A DNA stretch of 59,643 nt, filler included, from Circinaria calcarea (Eukaryota), in NCBI GenBank assembly GCA_051942165.1. It is 6 parts of 6 records of this genome, joined end to end, with 100 filler letters (N's around TTAATTAATTAA, not from the genome) between each part and the next. Parts side by side here need not be neighbours in the genome. Positions count along the whole stretch, not along the records: positions 9,973 to 19,835 come from JAVECS010000878.1; positions 19,936 to 29,794 come from JAVECS010000879.1; 4 more parts are not named here. One strand, written 5' to 3'. The first letter of the stretch is position 1. The number at the start of each line of letters is the position of its first letter. The notes beneath the pieces were generated by a model. That model was given only the letters and a program-made list of their open reading frames with translations. It was not told the origin of the DNA and searched no databases. Below, piece after piece: positions 13,137 through 26,442 of this stretch. A program made the position numbers and the translations under genes.

Positions 13137-16100
13137 ATGGCAAACTTTGTCGCTCTGAATGTTGAACCTGAGGAAGATACCGAGGAGGAAGTTGATGATA
13201 CCAAAGAAATCCAGGTATATATTGTGCTAACACGAATACAAATTCCGCCTTCTCTGACCGAGGATCCAGATTGAGGAGGCATTAAAGCTCTACCAAAATG
13301 CATTGAAATTGCACTCGCAAGGCCCTTTGTATTTTACTGCGGCCAAAACTGCCTACGATGCGCTTTTCTCTTCCGAGATTTTTACTTACTCCGAATCTCT
13401 GTCCGACTCAAAGCGTTTTGAGATCTATGGTGATGCGATTCTGGAAGACGAAGATGAAGAGACTGGCTTACTTCCAGAACCCGTTGGTCCTGTTGGTGGG
13501 TCTGATGTTGCAGCGAACACCTTGCCTAAGATTCTTTATCTGTCCTTCAAAAATTATGGGCAACTGCTGTTGGACTGCCTCGCATACCAGGTTACCTATA
13601 TTGAGAATGGTCCGCCAACCGCAGCTGAGGTGATGCAAGGTGATAGGAGGGCAACCGCACGCACAGTTGTCGGCCTCTTCACCGAAGCACTCGAAAGGGA
13701 CGATACAGATCTCGACCTATGGCGTAGGACTTCGAGAATCAGTGCCTTGCTTGAAAGTCAACGTATTTCAAGGTTCTGCCTCGAATCTGTCCTCGATAAC
13801 GAAAAAGAAGATGCAACGTATTCGGAGCCATTAGGATTGGAGGGAATAGCTGCCCTAAATGAGTTGACAGACATAGTCGAAACCATTGACGATCGTCTTT
13901 CCCAATCGCAGCTGCCAGACGTTCTTAGCGAAGCCTACGTGATTCCAGAAGTATACAGAGAACTGATGGATATTTGCCCTCAGTTACCAAAGTCGTCTGC
14001 TACTATTACGCGAATTGAGAGGACCAGCCGTGAGAATTGGATGGGAAACATTGTTGTCCCCTTTCGGACATGGGCATGTGTGGGCACAATCATTCTTCAA
14101 CACCTTGGAAGCAATCCACCTGCGTTGGGTATGAGCTATAAGATCAGCCTTCCTAGCATGAATACTGCTATTGCAACAGGACCAGGAAGAATAGATCTAG
14201 AAGCTACATCAGATCATCAGTCATCAAGTTTAGGCATTCTTTCGGCTCGAAAAGGTCATGAGAAAGGCGTCATCAGCTCAGGGGAGTCGAAACCTGTCAG
14301 TTGTGTTCATGGATCGATCACTAAAGGATTACAAGATGGACCAGGTCCAAATCGAGCAGCAGGGGCGACAAATCCGACCTTCCCGGCCAATCCCGCTGCA
14401 CCGGGAGATATTGGCGGGAAATCTTTGCCAGAAGACCTGGCAGATGGCGAAATAACCTGCAACATTCCAATTGTTTGCCCAGAAGGACATTCAAGTATAA
14501 CAACTGGCAATATGACTCTGCCAACACGCAAGAGGACCTTGGACTCGTCCGGAGTACAAGATTTAGGGGATGGTGGGCGTGTTAGGAGCAAGCGCATACG
14601 AGCCAAAGCAGAACTGCCTGATGAGGAGAACACTACTGCGGAACTTGCTACGTATTATGAAGAGCGGCTCCAAGTGAACAGCAAAGCCGATCATTGGATG
14701 TTCGGACACGCTAACAGTCTCCTATCAAAGCTCGGAGTTCATCCTACTGGCAGTTCGGACGGTTTGAGGCAGACATTTGAGACCTTGAGTCCTAGAGAAC
14801 ATCCTAGAATGTCTGTAGGAGGACTTGAAGCTGCAATAAACGATTTCAAGGATACCCTAAGTGTATGGGATGCTGATAAGAGCGCCATCTGGAATGGTAA
14901 CAGCCTGGAAGAGAATTTCGAGCAAGTAGATGGCGGGAAGAGCTCTGGGCTTTCTCTTTTCCAGGAGTATTCGAAGCGAGGATTGCGTAGACCCACCACT
15001 CGACCGCTACTCTCTGGTGACGATGGGCTGTCTGAATTCGCACGTGACGTCAACCAATCATGGAACGGCATCGATGTTGTGTCCTTCAAATGGCTTGCTG
15101 AGCTGTTAAGCTCGAAGCATAGTGTGCTTCCAGCTGAACACGTCGGTCAATTTCGGGTGATTGCTCAAATACCTTCTACGTACATTAGCTACCTCTGGCC
15201 AGATGATTTGAAGCACACAGTCGTGCAGATGCTGGATTCACAGGACGAGACTTGTTTTGATATCCTTACATCACAACTCGAACAACTTAATCAGAAAATT
15301 CTCATAGATGAGCTTGGACAGAACCCACAAGAGCAGCAATGTCTGGAGAGAATAGCCTTGGTGGGAATGATACAGACCGTATTTGAGATGCACCTTGATA
15401 TCTACAGCAGAATTACCAATCCCAGCAGCCAGGTTGATCAGCCTACACGAACGAGACAAGAAGGTCGTTTACAGCAATGGGCAGCACTTGCTAGCCAAGC
15501 CATTACCAGCAGAAACTCAGCACGTAAACCCGAGGAGAACCTTCCGGATGAATTAGGATTTCGCCATTTGTGGTCCATGGTGATACATATGAATCTTACA
15601 GCTGAAGCTCCTCGGGACCACATTGACCTGTGCTTCGAAGACCTGCGGACTCTTCTGGAACAGGCTGGATCCCCTATTATCGAACTCCAGAATAATGCAG
15701 TTATGCCAGAGATATCAGTTCCAGCGGCGAATCGTGAATTATCAAAGTTAGCAACCATGGATTTCTTTGAAAAGATTTTCCACCGAGAGATTCCCGACTC
15801 TCTGACTATCATAAAGAGCCTGGAACCGATTCTGCTCAAGTTTGATCCGGATTACTACCCTAATGGAGTTGAAAATCACGAAGATGACAATACCGGACGA
15901 GATCCTTACACAGCCGGACGTAATTCCAGTTTAGAGATGTCGTGGAGGGCCTCAACGGACCCAGAAATGCAGCAAAGAATGGATTTTATCGAAAAGGCTA
16001 GTATACCTCTCAAGCTGTTTCTTTGGCGAAGACTAAGAGCAGCCTACGAGGCAATAAACTATCCGCCCATGGTCTTCATGTGCAACATGAGCAGTATCGA

Positions 16101-19100
16101 GTTGATTCTAGGAGAGATCCGATCGTCTACGTATTTAAGTGAGAGTTCAGGTAACCGCACGGCTAATTTGCTTCGATGGCTGTGCAGCCTAGAGAATCTC
16201 GTAGCCAGGTCGTTAGCACTGGCTCTCAATGGCTCAACTGCATTTGAATGCATGGACGACTCTCATATGCAGATCGCTCTGCAATCTTGCGCAGACCTAG
16301 TTAAGTTAATGCATACTGTTGCACTCTGGGATGACTCGATTCGTGTTGGGCAATCGCTGGCCCCTTTGCAACCACCTGGTCCTGCTTCTGCAGCTTACAG
16401 TCTCATCATGAACAATATCCGCGTCATGCATGTACAGACCTGGATGTTACTGTATACGGTTCTGAAAGAAGCAATATCACAGAATGCAGATTCATTCACT
16501 ACACCAAAGGAGGATTTAGCTGATTACTTGAAATTGCTCCATCATGCTTTGGGTATGCGTCAATACTGTGGACTGTCTAAGAAAACTTTCCTTCTATTCA
16601 TGAAGAATGAATTGTTATCTCTTAACCCGATGGAGAATTGGGAACATGACATGGCACAAGTCGTCTATGATCTTTACGGGCTGAAGATCTGTCCAAACTT
16701 TTCGGGTTTGGAAGAGCATGGCTGTATCGCAGATGCCCTCGATCGCACTGATGCAGTGGGCTTAATGGATATTGTTATGGAGCAAGCCCGAAACATGCCC
16801 ATCAAGGATATCCTCAAGTCCGATCTGAAGCTGACTATTGATAAGATGCAATCAGCGATACTCAATCCTAGGCAAACAACTACACAGCTCTTTAATAAGA
16901 GACTAATCGCATCGTACCTTAAGGCACCTATTAACCCTGTCAACTTGTATCGTTCTTTACGCGGTATTGGGGGCCTATCGGGCAGGATGCTTAACAACGA
17001 ACACTCTCTTATAGTCAGCAAGGGGTGGTATTTCATACTAGGCTACGTAACCTTCACCAAGTTCCGTTCGCAGAAACGACCGGGTCCTACTGACGATCTC
17101 GATTTTGCAATTACTTTCTTTAAATTGGATCTCGAGTATGACGCGGAGAAGTGGGAAACCTGGTATCGGCTTGCGCAGGCATATGACGCTATGATTGAGG
17201 AGGACACTACCTGGAGCGCTGACAAACTGGACCGCGCAAAGGAGGATCTAAATGCACTCCAAAGAAACGCAATACACTGTTATGCAATGGCGGTCGCCGT
17301 CGCAATTCGCTGTGCCGATGCCTCCTTCGATACCGCTGGCAAGATTTCAGATCTCTACACTGACTTTGGGAATCGAATGTATGGCTCATCAAGGGAGCCT
17401 TTCTCGATGGAAGCGTTTAGTCTAGACGAGTACGCCCGATACTTTAGCGGCGAGGGCATGTATAAAAATCGGCCCTTCCGGGACCTTAAGCTATTTTCAG
17501 CTTGGAACTTTGCCGCTGTACTATTCCGCCAAGCCCTGATCGACAAGCCCGATCGATGGATGTAGGTGGTGCACCACGAGCTATTGAGGCTATCATATGC
17601 TGACATGTCTAGCAACTGGTATATGCTCGGAAAGTGCTTGTGGAAGATGCATAGCTATCCCAACCAGAAGCAATCTGTTGACTACCGCGAAGTGCTTGAT
17701 GTATTTGGAAAAGCGATAGAATGTGTACCTGAACGACGTGACAATAGGCATCCAGACAAGGATCCTATCCTAGAACCACACTACAAACTGGTATCAATCG
17801 TACACAAGCTTGTACAAAGACGGCTGATCATGGTAATTAAAGCCCTTATGAAGCGAAAATTAAATCTGACATGTTTAATTAGCCCACAGAGGGATGTCAA
17901 TACCTTGAGGCCACGCCATATTCTCGAAAAGTCCCGCATGTTCAGGACAGCGATGATTGGGAAGGCTACATACTACTTGTATTGAAGTCGCTGAGGTCTG
18001 CAGATAAGTCCAATTGGCACCATCGCATGGTAGCGAGAGTAAGCCTGTTAGGCTCCAACATGGAAATTGCTAGGTTGACAAACTATGTAGGCCGCTCATG
18101 TCATCTATGATGACTCTTCTATGGACAACATGGCTGCCCGGGCCGCGAAGCACGAGCTCACGCAGCAGATTTTCACAAAGACGATGGCTGTTCAAGTCTG
18201 GAAGCCGGAAAACGAACGAGTCGGAAGGCATTTTGTTTACACTGGAAGATATGTTGTCTTCTTCGTTCAATTACTGTCTCAGCTCGGCGATCGAGCAAGT
18301 CTTGAAGCCTTGGCGAAACGCATAAGGAAGAAATCAGGGGAGTTTGTAAATTTTGCCAGAATCTGGCAGGTTGTATGCTTGGTTTACCTGAAGGTTTGTT
18401 ACCCAACAATTCTGCCAGTTATGATTACCGTTTTGGGGAATGATTAACCCTTCACCTAGTTACTGCGCAACCAAAACTCCATCCCCGAAGCCCACGAAGA
18501 GACGGTCTTCAAAACCATCTCCCACGAGTCCTTCCTCCTCAATACCTCCCGTCTCGAAGCCTGGGCCCTTACCCCAGACTCCGACACCCCCATGCTCCAC
18601 CTCCTTCGCGAAGTCATCGAACTCAAGAAACTCAATAGCCATCTCATGAAAACCACACTGATCGACGACCTCGTCGGCGACACCTTTGCCCTCCTTTACG
18701 AAACCGTCGTCCCGGATCTCATCGCCAAGTCCAATGATGAAGAGAATAGAGACCGTATGCGAGTTGATCACCTACTTATGAATCCTGAAGCCTCTCCCGC
18801 CGCTGTCAATGCACCTTCCCCTGCCGCGCCACATGGCCTCGGACCCACGGACCAACCTGCAACAGCACGCGCACGGCCCAAAGGCGTTGGGAGGCGAGAC
18901 ATCCAGAAGAAAGCGGAGCTCTTGGTCAGCAGATCCGCCGTCCCTCCTCCAACAGCCTCTTCATTGTCCAAAGCCAGCAAGCCACCGACTTCGGTACCGG
19001 CGGCCCTTCAGCCCTTTGATATCGGACCCTCGACAGACACTCCTCCGAACGACGGTGCCATCAAGGAGAAAGAAGAACCCAGTAGCGTTCCGGGAAGCGT

Positions 19101-19401
19101 CCACGATAGCGCGGACGACGAGAGCGAGTTGAGCGATATCGAAGAGGAGGCGGAGCGGTCGGAGACGGCAACGGCAATGGCGGATCAGAAACCGATGTTT
19201 CCGGGGCTGATGGGACGGGCTGAGGCTGGAGGTGTGGAGGAGGATGAGAAATATGACGACGACCAAGAAGAAAGGGAAAGGGAGGATGAGGATGAAGGGG
19301 TGGTGAAGGAACGTGAGGGGGAAAAGGAAGATGCCCCGGAGGCTGAGGCTGACGAAGAGGTAGATACGGACCGGTGCCACGGGAAGAAAGGGGTGTGTTA
19401 G
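13137..19401 (+). CDS. HIR3: Histone transcription regulator 3 (Hir3/CABIN1-like, HIR complex)
   Basis: MANFVALNVEPEED...DDTKEIQ|IEEALKLYQNALKLH (intron 13215-13269), ETWYRLAQAYD, PILEPHYKLVSIVHKLV, DKSNWHHRM and VWKPENERVGRHFVY; acidic C-terminus. Confidence 0.92.
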
Positions 19402-19835
19402 ATGGATGAAAATTTGTTTGGCGGGATTATTTCGTACGAGATGTTGTACCCCCTCGAGCGGCAATCCTCGAACACGGGAGGTTTTTTCTTCCTCTTTCTC
19501 TAGGAAAAAGGCCTTGACTTGGGTCCGCGTCTGCGTCTTGACTTGTATTCTAGGAGCTAGAGCTAGAGGATAATTCCCCCCGAAAAAGGAAAAAGGAAAA
19601 AAACCATTAGAGTGTGTCTGGGAAAATGGGGAGTTGGGAAATTAGAAAATTCATTAAAATGATCAACTCGAGATTTTTTTCCTCAACTCGACTCGGGACC
19701 TAAAGTTCCGAATACCGGCTACCATACGGTGGGCATGGAATGCTCATTCATATCCCCAAAGTTTTACCCGTGGCGGTTTTGTGTGGCGGTTTTTAAATGC
19801 CCCGAGGGTTGGGGAGAGGAGGGGGGGAGAAGGGG

Positions 19836-19935
19836 NNNNNNNNNNNNNNNNNNNNNNNNNNNNNNNNNNNNNNNNNNNNTTAATTAATTAANNNNNNNNN
19901 NNNNNNNNNNNNNNNNNNNNNNNNNNNNNNNNNNN
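19836..19935. other. Artificial contig linker
   Basis: N44-TTAATTAATTAA-N44. Confidence 0.99.
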
Positions 19936-20700
19936 CCACACTCCGATGTTGTCACAACCACTACTCACAAGTCGTTAAGAGGTCCACGGGGCGCAATGAT
20001 CTTCTTCCGGAAGGGTGTTCGCCGGGTAGATAAAAAGGGCGTTCCGGAGTTGTACGACCTAGAAGGACCTATCAATGCATCGGTTTTCCCAGGTCATCAA
20101 GGTGGCCCGCATAACCATACCATCACAGCCCTGGCCGTGGCTCTCAAACAAGCGCAAAGCAAGGAATTCAAAGATTACCAGAAGACTGTCCTTCTCAACG
20201 CCAAAGCACTAGCCAATAGACTTGGGAAATCAAAGAAAGACGGTGGCCTTGGCTACACTGTTGTCAGTGGAGGTACAGATAACCATCTCGTACTGATTGA
20301 CCTTAAAGATCGCGGTATTGACGGCGCTCGAGTGGAACGGGTGCTGGAGCTTGTTGGCGTTGCCAGCAATAAGAACACTGTACCCGGTGACAAGTCAGCG
20401 ATGAAACCTGGTGGGTTGAGAATGGGCTCGCCTGCCATGACGACGAGAGGCTTCCAACCAGAAGACTTTACCCGTGTTGCGGACGTTGTAGATCGAGCGG
20501 TAAGCATCTCGCAAAAGCTGGACAAGGCAGCCAAGGAAGAATCAGAATCAAAAGGCCGCAAGAATCCTGGTAGCGTCAAGGCTTTTTTGGAGTACTTAGG
20601 TGAAGGCCAAGATGTGGTTGAGATTGTGCAGTTAAGGCGTGAAGTGGAGGAATGGGTGGAGACCTTTAGTCTTCCATGGGTAAAAGAAGGGGAGCAGTAG
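19936..20700 (+). CDS. Serine hydroxymethyltransferase, 3' part (probably the mitochondrial isoform)
   Basis: Open frame from the contig edge: [20 protein letters not shown] (PLP lysine), [20 protein letters not shown] and NKNTVPGD. The isoform is inferred from the C-terminal style only. Confidence 0.95.
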   Translation, partial: PHSDVVTTTTHKSLRGPRGAMIFFRKGVRRVDKKGVPELYDLEGPINASVFPGHQGGPHNHTITALAVALKQAQSKEFKDYQKTVLLNAKALANRLGKSKKDGGLGYTVVSGGTDNHLVLIDLKDRGIDGARVERVLELVGVASNKNTVPGDKSAMKPGGLRMGSPAMTTRGFQPEDFTRVADVVDRAVSISQKLDKAAKEESESKGRKNPGSVKAFLEYLGEGQDVVEIVQLRREVEEWVETFSLPWVKEGEQ

Positions 20701-22104
20701 CCATGAACTACTGGATGTATTGCTTACGATCATCTTATTTTGAATTATTTATGATTTGGTCTTTATATTTTGATGGAATGAGCTGTAAATGCCACATTAT
20801 ACCTGTGTCTGAAATGTATTATTTTATGGCGTCGCGTCATCAATTACTTGACATATATACTAGCCCATGTCTCCGAAAAGCTTAGATATTCTAAAAGGCA
20901 ATCGTTGAACCTATATTTATCATCCCTTGTTTACTCAATCCTTGAACTACTAACCGTCTCCAAGTCTTTCTCTGTAATATGAGAAGTAACGTGTAAAGCT
21001 CGGCTGCACCAGCTTTGGTATCGGGTGAGTCCAAGAGACATCGCACAAATTTGGGATTAATCTGTCACGACAATGACCATCTCATGCGCAGATTCCCCGA
21101 CCTCCTTCGCCCGCACACTGACATCCTCTAACTACCATAACCTCCATCAAGGCTGCAAGCCGCACGCCAAACCTCAACAAGGGGGACTGCAGGTGGTCAG
21201 GATAGGCGCAAACTTTCTCCGAAACGCCGGCGCTTGCAAGGGATTCTGCAAGTGCGGAGTCTGTCGGACCGGTGAATTATAGCATAAGGCTGGCGTGCGT
21301 TGGCTAATAATGCAAGGGGATTCAAGGATGTGGGGAAGTGTGGGTGGAGGAGGCGGGGATGGAGTTTGAGATAAAATACTTTTAGTGATTTGAACCGTTT
21401 GTCGCAACAGTTTGATGATAGAGAGATAGAGAGGGGACAATGATGTTTGGCAATTGGACGGCTTTTGGTAAGTTTGGGGCGTGTGTTTTCTTTGGTTTTC
21501 TCTTTGGGGTTGCTTTGGGGATTGTGAGTGATAGGTACATATGAGGGTTTTTGAATACTCATTGATTCATAAGGTGCGGGATTGATTTTTACGCTGCATT
21601 GCCTAGGGAGGGTATGGGAATTCATGACATCGTTTATGACATCGTTGACGGCTTGATTAAAGCCTACTCTTTTACCATTGGATCTTATTACCATCTCAGT
21701 ATTTGAGATGCTTCCAGAATCTTCCTCACAGAGCTGGACACGCCTCATCACTTGAAGGCTACACAGATTCACACTTTTCTTATTGGTAGCTAAAATTGGC
21801 TTCTAATCCCCGTCAAGACTCTCCTAGGGTGGTTCTGATGCTGGGCATCGCCCGGGCTACCTCGTTTCTCCTTAGTGTTAAAGTCTGTGCATGCTTGAAG
21901 CCTCACTTGCTTCGCTTTCCTTGTGTTAGAAAATCAGATACAGTCCACCTCTAGTAATTCGAACCTTGAATTCGAAGAGCAGCTCTTTTAAGTAGTTCTT
22001 CTGAGATCAGTAGCAGCCTTCTCTGCTCGCTGAAGAGCCACGTCGCTGCTGTGAGCGGCCTCAGGCTCTGAACGCTTGAGAATCGCGACAGCGCAACACT
22101 CACC

Positions 22105-24207
22105 ATGGCCCCATACTTGAGCCCTTTTCTTAAACAGCTCCTTAACGAAAGCAAACTTGCCGCTTCATGTACTTTCCTTACCTCGCTCTCGGCGCCTGGA
22201 ATCCTCACTGACTCACCCTCAACCTTAGTCCCAAAACAAGACGACAACAAGCCGAAGAAAACGCCTCCACCAGCCACGCCAGTCTACCTGCCATCCTATA
22301 TTCCCAAAAAGCCCACTCGCACCGACCTACCTGAAGGTAGCGAGCTGGCCAAGACTTTCGCAGGCATTCGCGCATACCATCACATCAAGCCTTACCACGC
22401 CGAACTTCTCAATCTGAAAGTCGAGCGCGATGTCCCGCTCGAGCAGCTCGTACCAGCCAGGTATCTGCCAGCAATTGGAGGGAATAGTGTGCCTTCGACA
22501 ACAGCCACAACTGACACAGCTGACGTGCAGTCGTCGAGGAGATTGAGTAACGGCACTGCTGTACCGGGACAGGAAGCGTACCTTGTGAGAAAGAGAGAGC
22601 TGGACGTCGCGAATGAGGTTGCATATGAGACGGTCAAGCGTAGAGGTGCGAAGGCTGAGGTGAAGATTGTGCAGTATAGAAAGTTCTTTGAGACGTTGGA
22701 GCTCGTAGGGACCTATTGGGATACGAGTCGTGATGATGTAGGTGTGACTAGTGGAGAGAAATCGAAGACAGAAGCGAGAGACGGTGATGAGCTGGATATT
22801 GATGCAGTGGGTGCTTTCGAGCAGGCTGCTGATAAAAGCAAGGATGATGATGGAAAGGCTGTCCATCAAGCTGAGAAGTCAGAGCAAGATACCAACAACA
22901 CAACCATAGACACCCTAAAGCATGCTGACGTAAAGCATGCTGATGACAAGTCTTCTGGCGAAAGGAAGGACGGTGATGAAACAGCTACCCCCCAAACAGA
23001 CAACCCAACTCAAGACAACAACCATTCCGCAAAGACCACCGAAGACACGTACACCTACACAGGCCACCGTTTCAGCACCGGCTCCCAGATGCCTGAATTC
23101 TACCGTCTTGACCTCATCCGCACCTTCGTCGAACCCCTTCTCTGGTCCTTTGGTCTTCTCGCCGAGCCACCTCGCTCCCAACCTCGCCTACAGATACAAA
23201 ACCTTTTGATACCCGTACGACATTCTGCTGTCATCTATCGCACTCCGATGGATCGAGCAAGAGCGCGAGCGGGGTGGTTGGAGGGCCCGGTTATGGGCGT
23301 GCATTGTCGGGAGGATATTGTGAGTACAGGAGATAACGAGTCTTTGGGAAGGATGGTGAGGGAGCAGTTCAAGAGGCAGCGTTTGACGGAAAAGCAGTTC
23401 GATGAGAAGGTGAAGAGACTCGCGAAAGAGACGAGTGGCGAGGTAGCGAACTTGCTGAGGGAAGTTGGCGCGATGTTGTTGCTCGGTCAAGTAAGGGCAA
23501 GGGAAAACCAAGAAGAAGAGTTTCCAGGAGAGGGGAAATGGTGGGTTGAGAGACCGAGGTGGGGTGGTAATAAGCAAGAGGAAGAGAGCAAAGAAGAAAA
23601 GAAAACCGAACAAGAGGAAAATGGGCAGGACAAGTCTGAGGCTGAGGGGGAAGCACTGAAAGAAAAGAAAAGAAGAGAGAGAATGATGGAAAAGTGGTGG
23701 GAAATGCAGGGGCCTTCTTCGAGATGGGAGAAGAAGGTTACGTATATGCATGTTGGGAAAAGCAAGCAGCAGGAATATGACGACGTAAGTTTCAATCCCT
23801 TCTCAAAGACCTACTCCATTGCCCTCGCATGTCTTTTCCCTCCTACAGCTACGCGTCCTTCAATCTGACCTCTTCCAATACACCCCTCTTTCTTTAGTTA
23901 ATTAGTTCCGATCTTTAACTGACTTCCATTTCTTTACTAGATCTACCTCCTCTCATCCATAGCTCACCATATTTCCATCCTTCATCTACGTGTCCACTCC
24001 CGCTACTTACAGAACTTAACCTTTGGCTCACCAAATCCCGACCTAAACATGAACATAGGTGAGGAGGAGCCATGGTATATCCTTCACTTGAAGCGCTCGA
24101 AGTGGTACGATCTCTTCGTTCCGAAAGAGAGGGTGGAGGCTATGAAGGGGGTTTGGACGGTTTGCAGATGGATGATGAGAGATTTGGATGATGATAAGAG
24201 GGAATGA
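22105..24207 (+). CDS. Conserved-looking fungal hypothetical protein, 2 exons
   Basis: 587-aa ORF; intron 23785-23940 splices in frame to IYLLSSIAHHISILHLRVH...KWYDLF...WMMRDLDDDKRE*. Aromatic-rich blocks alternate with low-complexity linkers. Confidence 0.8.
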
Positions 24208-24660
24208 ATGACGCGCGAGCCGTGGGGAGACGGAGCTTTGGCTAAAAGATCTTCAAGCTCGAGCTTTTATCCCTTGGCGCTTAGGCTGTTGGCATTTGAC
24301 AGATTAAGGCTAGGATGATGCGTGCGAGTGTAGGGACGGTGACCTTGGGTCTCTGTATCGTACTCTCATCATCATGGTGATTGTACTTTAGGCAAATCAA
24401 TAGTACAAATCATGACTTTTTTTAATGGGCAGAACTCGTGGTGCCCTCCCCCGAAAACAAAGAGAAAAAAAAAGAAAAGAAAGGGAAAAGAGAAAGGCGA
24501 AGAGAAAAGAAATCCCAAAAGAAAATAAACAAGAAATCGAAAAAGGAAAGAAAAAGAAGAAAGAAAAATGAAGTCAAAAACGTGAGAAAGAAGAGGGGAG
24601 AAAAGAGATGATAGACGAGAAAACTCAAAAAAAAAAAAAAAAAAAAGGGGGGGCAGTCTA

Positions 24661-24746
24661 GAAAGGAAAAAGGAAAAAGGAAAAAGGAAAAAGGAAAAAG
24701 GAAAAAGGAAAAAGGAAAAAGGAAAAAGGAAAAAGGAAAAAGGAAA
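24661..24746. repeat. Heptamer tandem array (GGAAAAA)n, about 12 copies, at the end of a polypurine tract
   Basis: Read directly; the A/G-rich tract begins near 24452. Confidence 0.95.
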
Positions 24747-25086
24747 CACCTGCCCCCTACAACCCCATCACGCAATCATCAAACAACTTAGACGACAGGA
24801 CTTGGGAAACGTAGCAATGCAAGAATGTCCTGGATTGGATATGCATCCGAAAGCTTCTCGCCATTATGAATCCGGCTTTTGATCCCAAATTCACGCCTCT
24901 TCTTTCTTTCTCGAGCGACTTGCAGACAGGCATATAAAAGAGCAAGGGGTGGCATTTCAGCTACCGTAAGGTTCGAGAAAACAGGGAACTAAAGAGTGTG
25001 TCCTGATGGAAAAGCGTCCGGAGTGTTCACGGAACGGATCCCGATTCTTGAATCCCGGATTGTCAGCTCGTTTCTCCTGGGGATGA

Positions 25087-25445
25087 GTGTTGAGCAGTAT
25101 GTGTGGGTGGCATATATTCATTGCTATATCGGGTGACTAGCTCAACTAACTATGCAGCGAAAGAGTGCTTTTATGGGGTGTGTAAGGGGTATTGAGCATG
25201 GACCACGCATTGCCCGTAGATAACACCTGACTCGGTAAGTCCTATGCCTTCCAACGGTAAAAAGCTCTGGATTTACTAACGTAGCCCGTGTTGAGCAGCA
25301 ATAGGTATGGTGACATTGCTACCTAAGTATGTGTTTTTCTAAACTATCTATGCAGCGAAAAAATGCTCTTATGATGTGTGTGGAAGTGTTGAGCATGGAC
25401 CTCCTATGCAACACGTACCTCGGTAAACTCTGTGACTTCCAACAG
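25087..25445. repeat. Diverged tandem duplication, period about 200 bp
   Basis: GTGTTGAGCAG at 25087 and 25288; TATGCAGCGAAA at 25151 and 25349; TTGAGCATGGACC, CTCGGTAA and CTTCCAAC shared in the same order. Confidence 0.8.
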
Positions 25446-25920
25446 CTCGAAGTCCTTGAAGCAGACCAAGGCAACGAGTCCACTTATGCATACTCGCGTA
25501 GTGCTTTCAAGAGGATGGGAACGGGATTATTATTCAGAAAGATTATTTTTACCGCTTAAGCAGAATCTGTTGATGATGAAGTGCCCGAGTTTATTATCAC
25601 GGGAGGTTCAACTAAGGTGAATGGAATTGATTAATTCTATCTATGCCCGAAGGCAGGCTTTAAGGCCCAAAGGCCTTAGTTAGCCGACTAACCTCCTGTT
25701 CCTTCCTTCGCATAATACCGTCCGTTGGTGAGAAGAGAACCGTTTAGGTATAAACGGTTTTCATCGGCAGGTTTATACTACTAAGGCCAAAACGAGAGAT
25801 AGTAAGGATCACGGTATATATGATATTCAGCAAGAAGTACGTTGAGTATGCTTTCAGCTTTACAGCGTTTTTTTATATTTTACCGTGAAATATTTGAGCA
25901 CAGCATATCTACTCACGAAG

Positions 25921-26178
25921 TCAGCATTCCCAATCGGTTATAAAAGGGTGAACTCGAGAGAGCTGGAATGGAGAATTAAGATCTCAAAACTCAAAACCCA
26001 ATTTCCGCCTCTCTCGTTAAAACCTGACGATTTCGGAGCTTATCGGATTAATTCGGAATCAGTATTCTAAACGGTTATAAAGGGCGAACCCGAGAGAGCT
26101 GGAGTAGAGGATTATAATCCCAAAACCTAATTTCTACCTCTTTCGCTAGAATCTGGCGATTTCGGAGTTTATCAGAAT
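25921..26178. repeat. Diverged tandem duplication, period about 137 bp
   Basis: CGGTTATAA at 25935 and 26072; CGAGAGAGCTGGA and CGATTTCGGAG present in both copies. Confidence 0.85.
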
Positions 26179-26442
26179 ACTTTTCTTATTAAATAATTGG
26201 TATTCTTCGACTCTCGAAATTGCGTTTCGGGTAAAGGGTTTTGGATCTTGGGACGGCGAGGTCAAAGGCGAAATAAGTACTCTATAAAGAAGTCCGCTCC
26301 TCTTTATTATTCGATATACGTACGGTTATTCTATTCCTACTCACGTTTGGAGTTTCTTTTTCTTTCTAGATATTCAATCTAGGCCATAGTGCCTCCCTGG
26401 ACGTTTCCTCTCTCCGAAGCTGACATAGCTCGGAGAAACGAG

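Noticed and set aside
24372..24775. Phe-rich ORFs (FPFSFFL repeats)
   Set aside because: They are translations of the antisense of the GGAAAAA array and polypurine tract.
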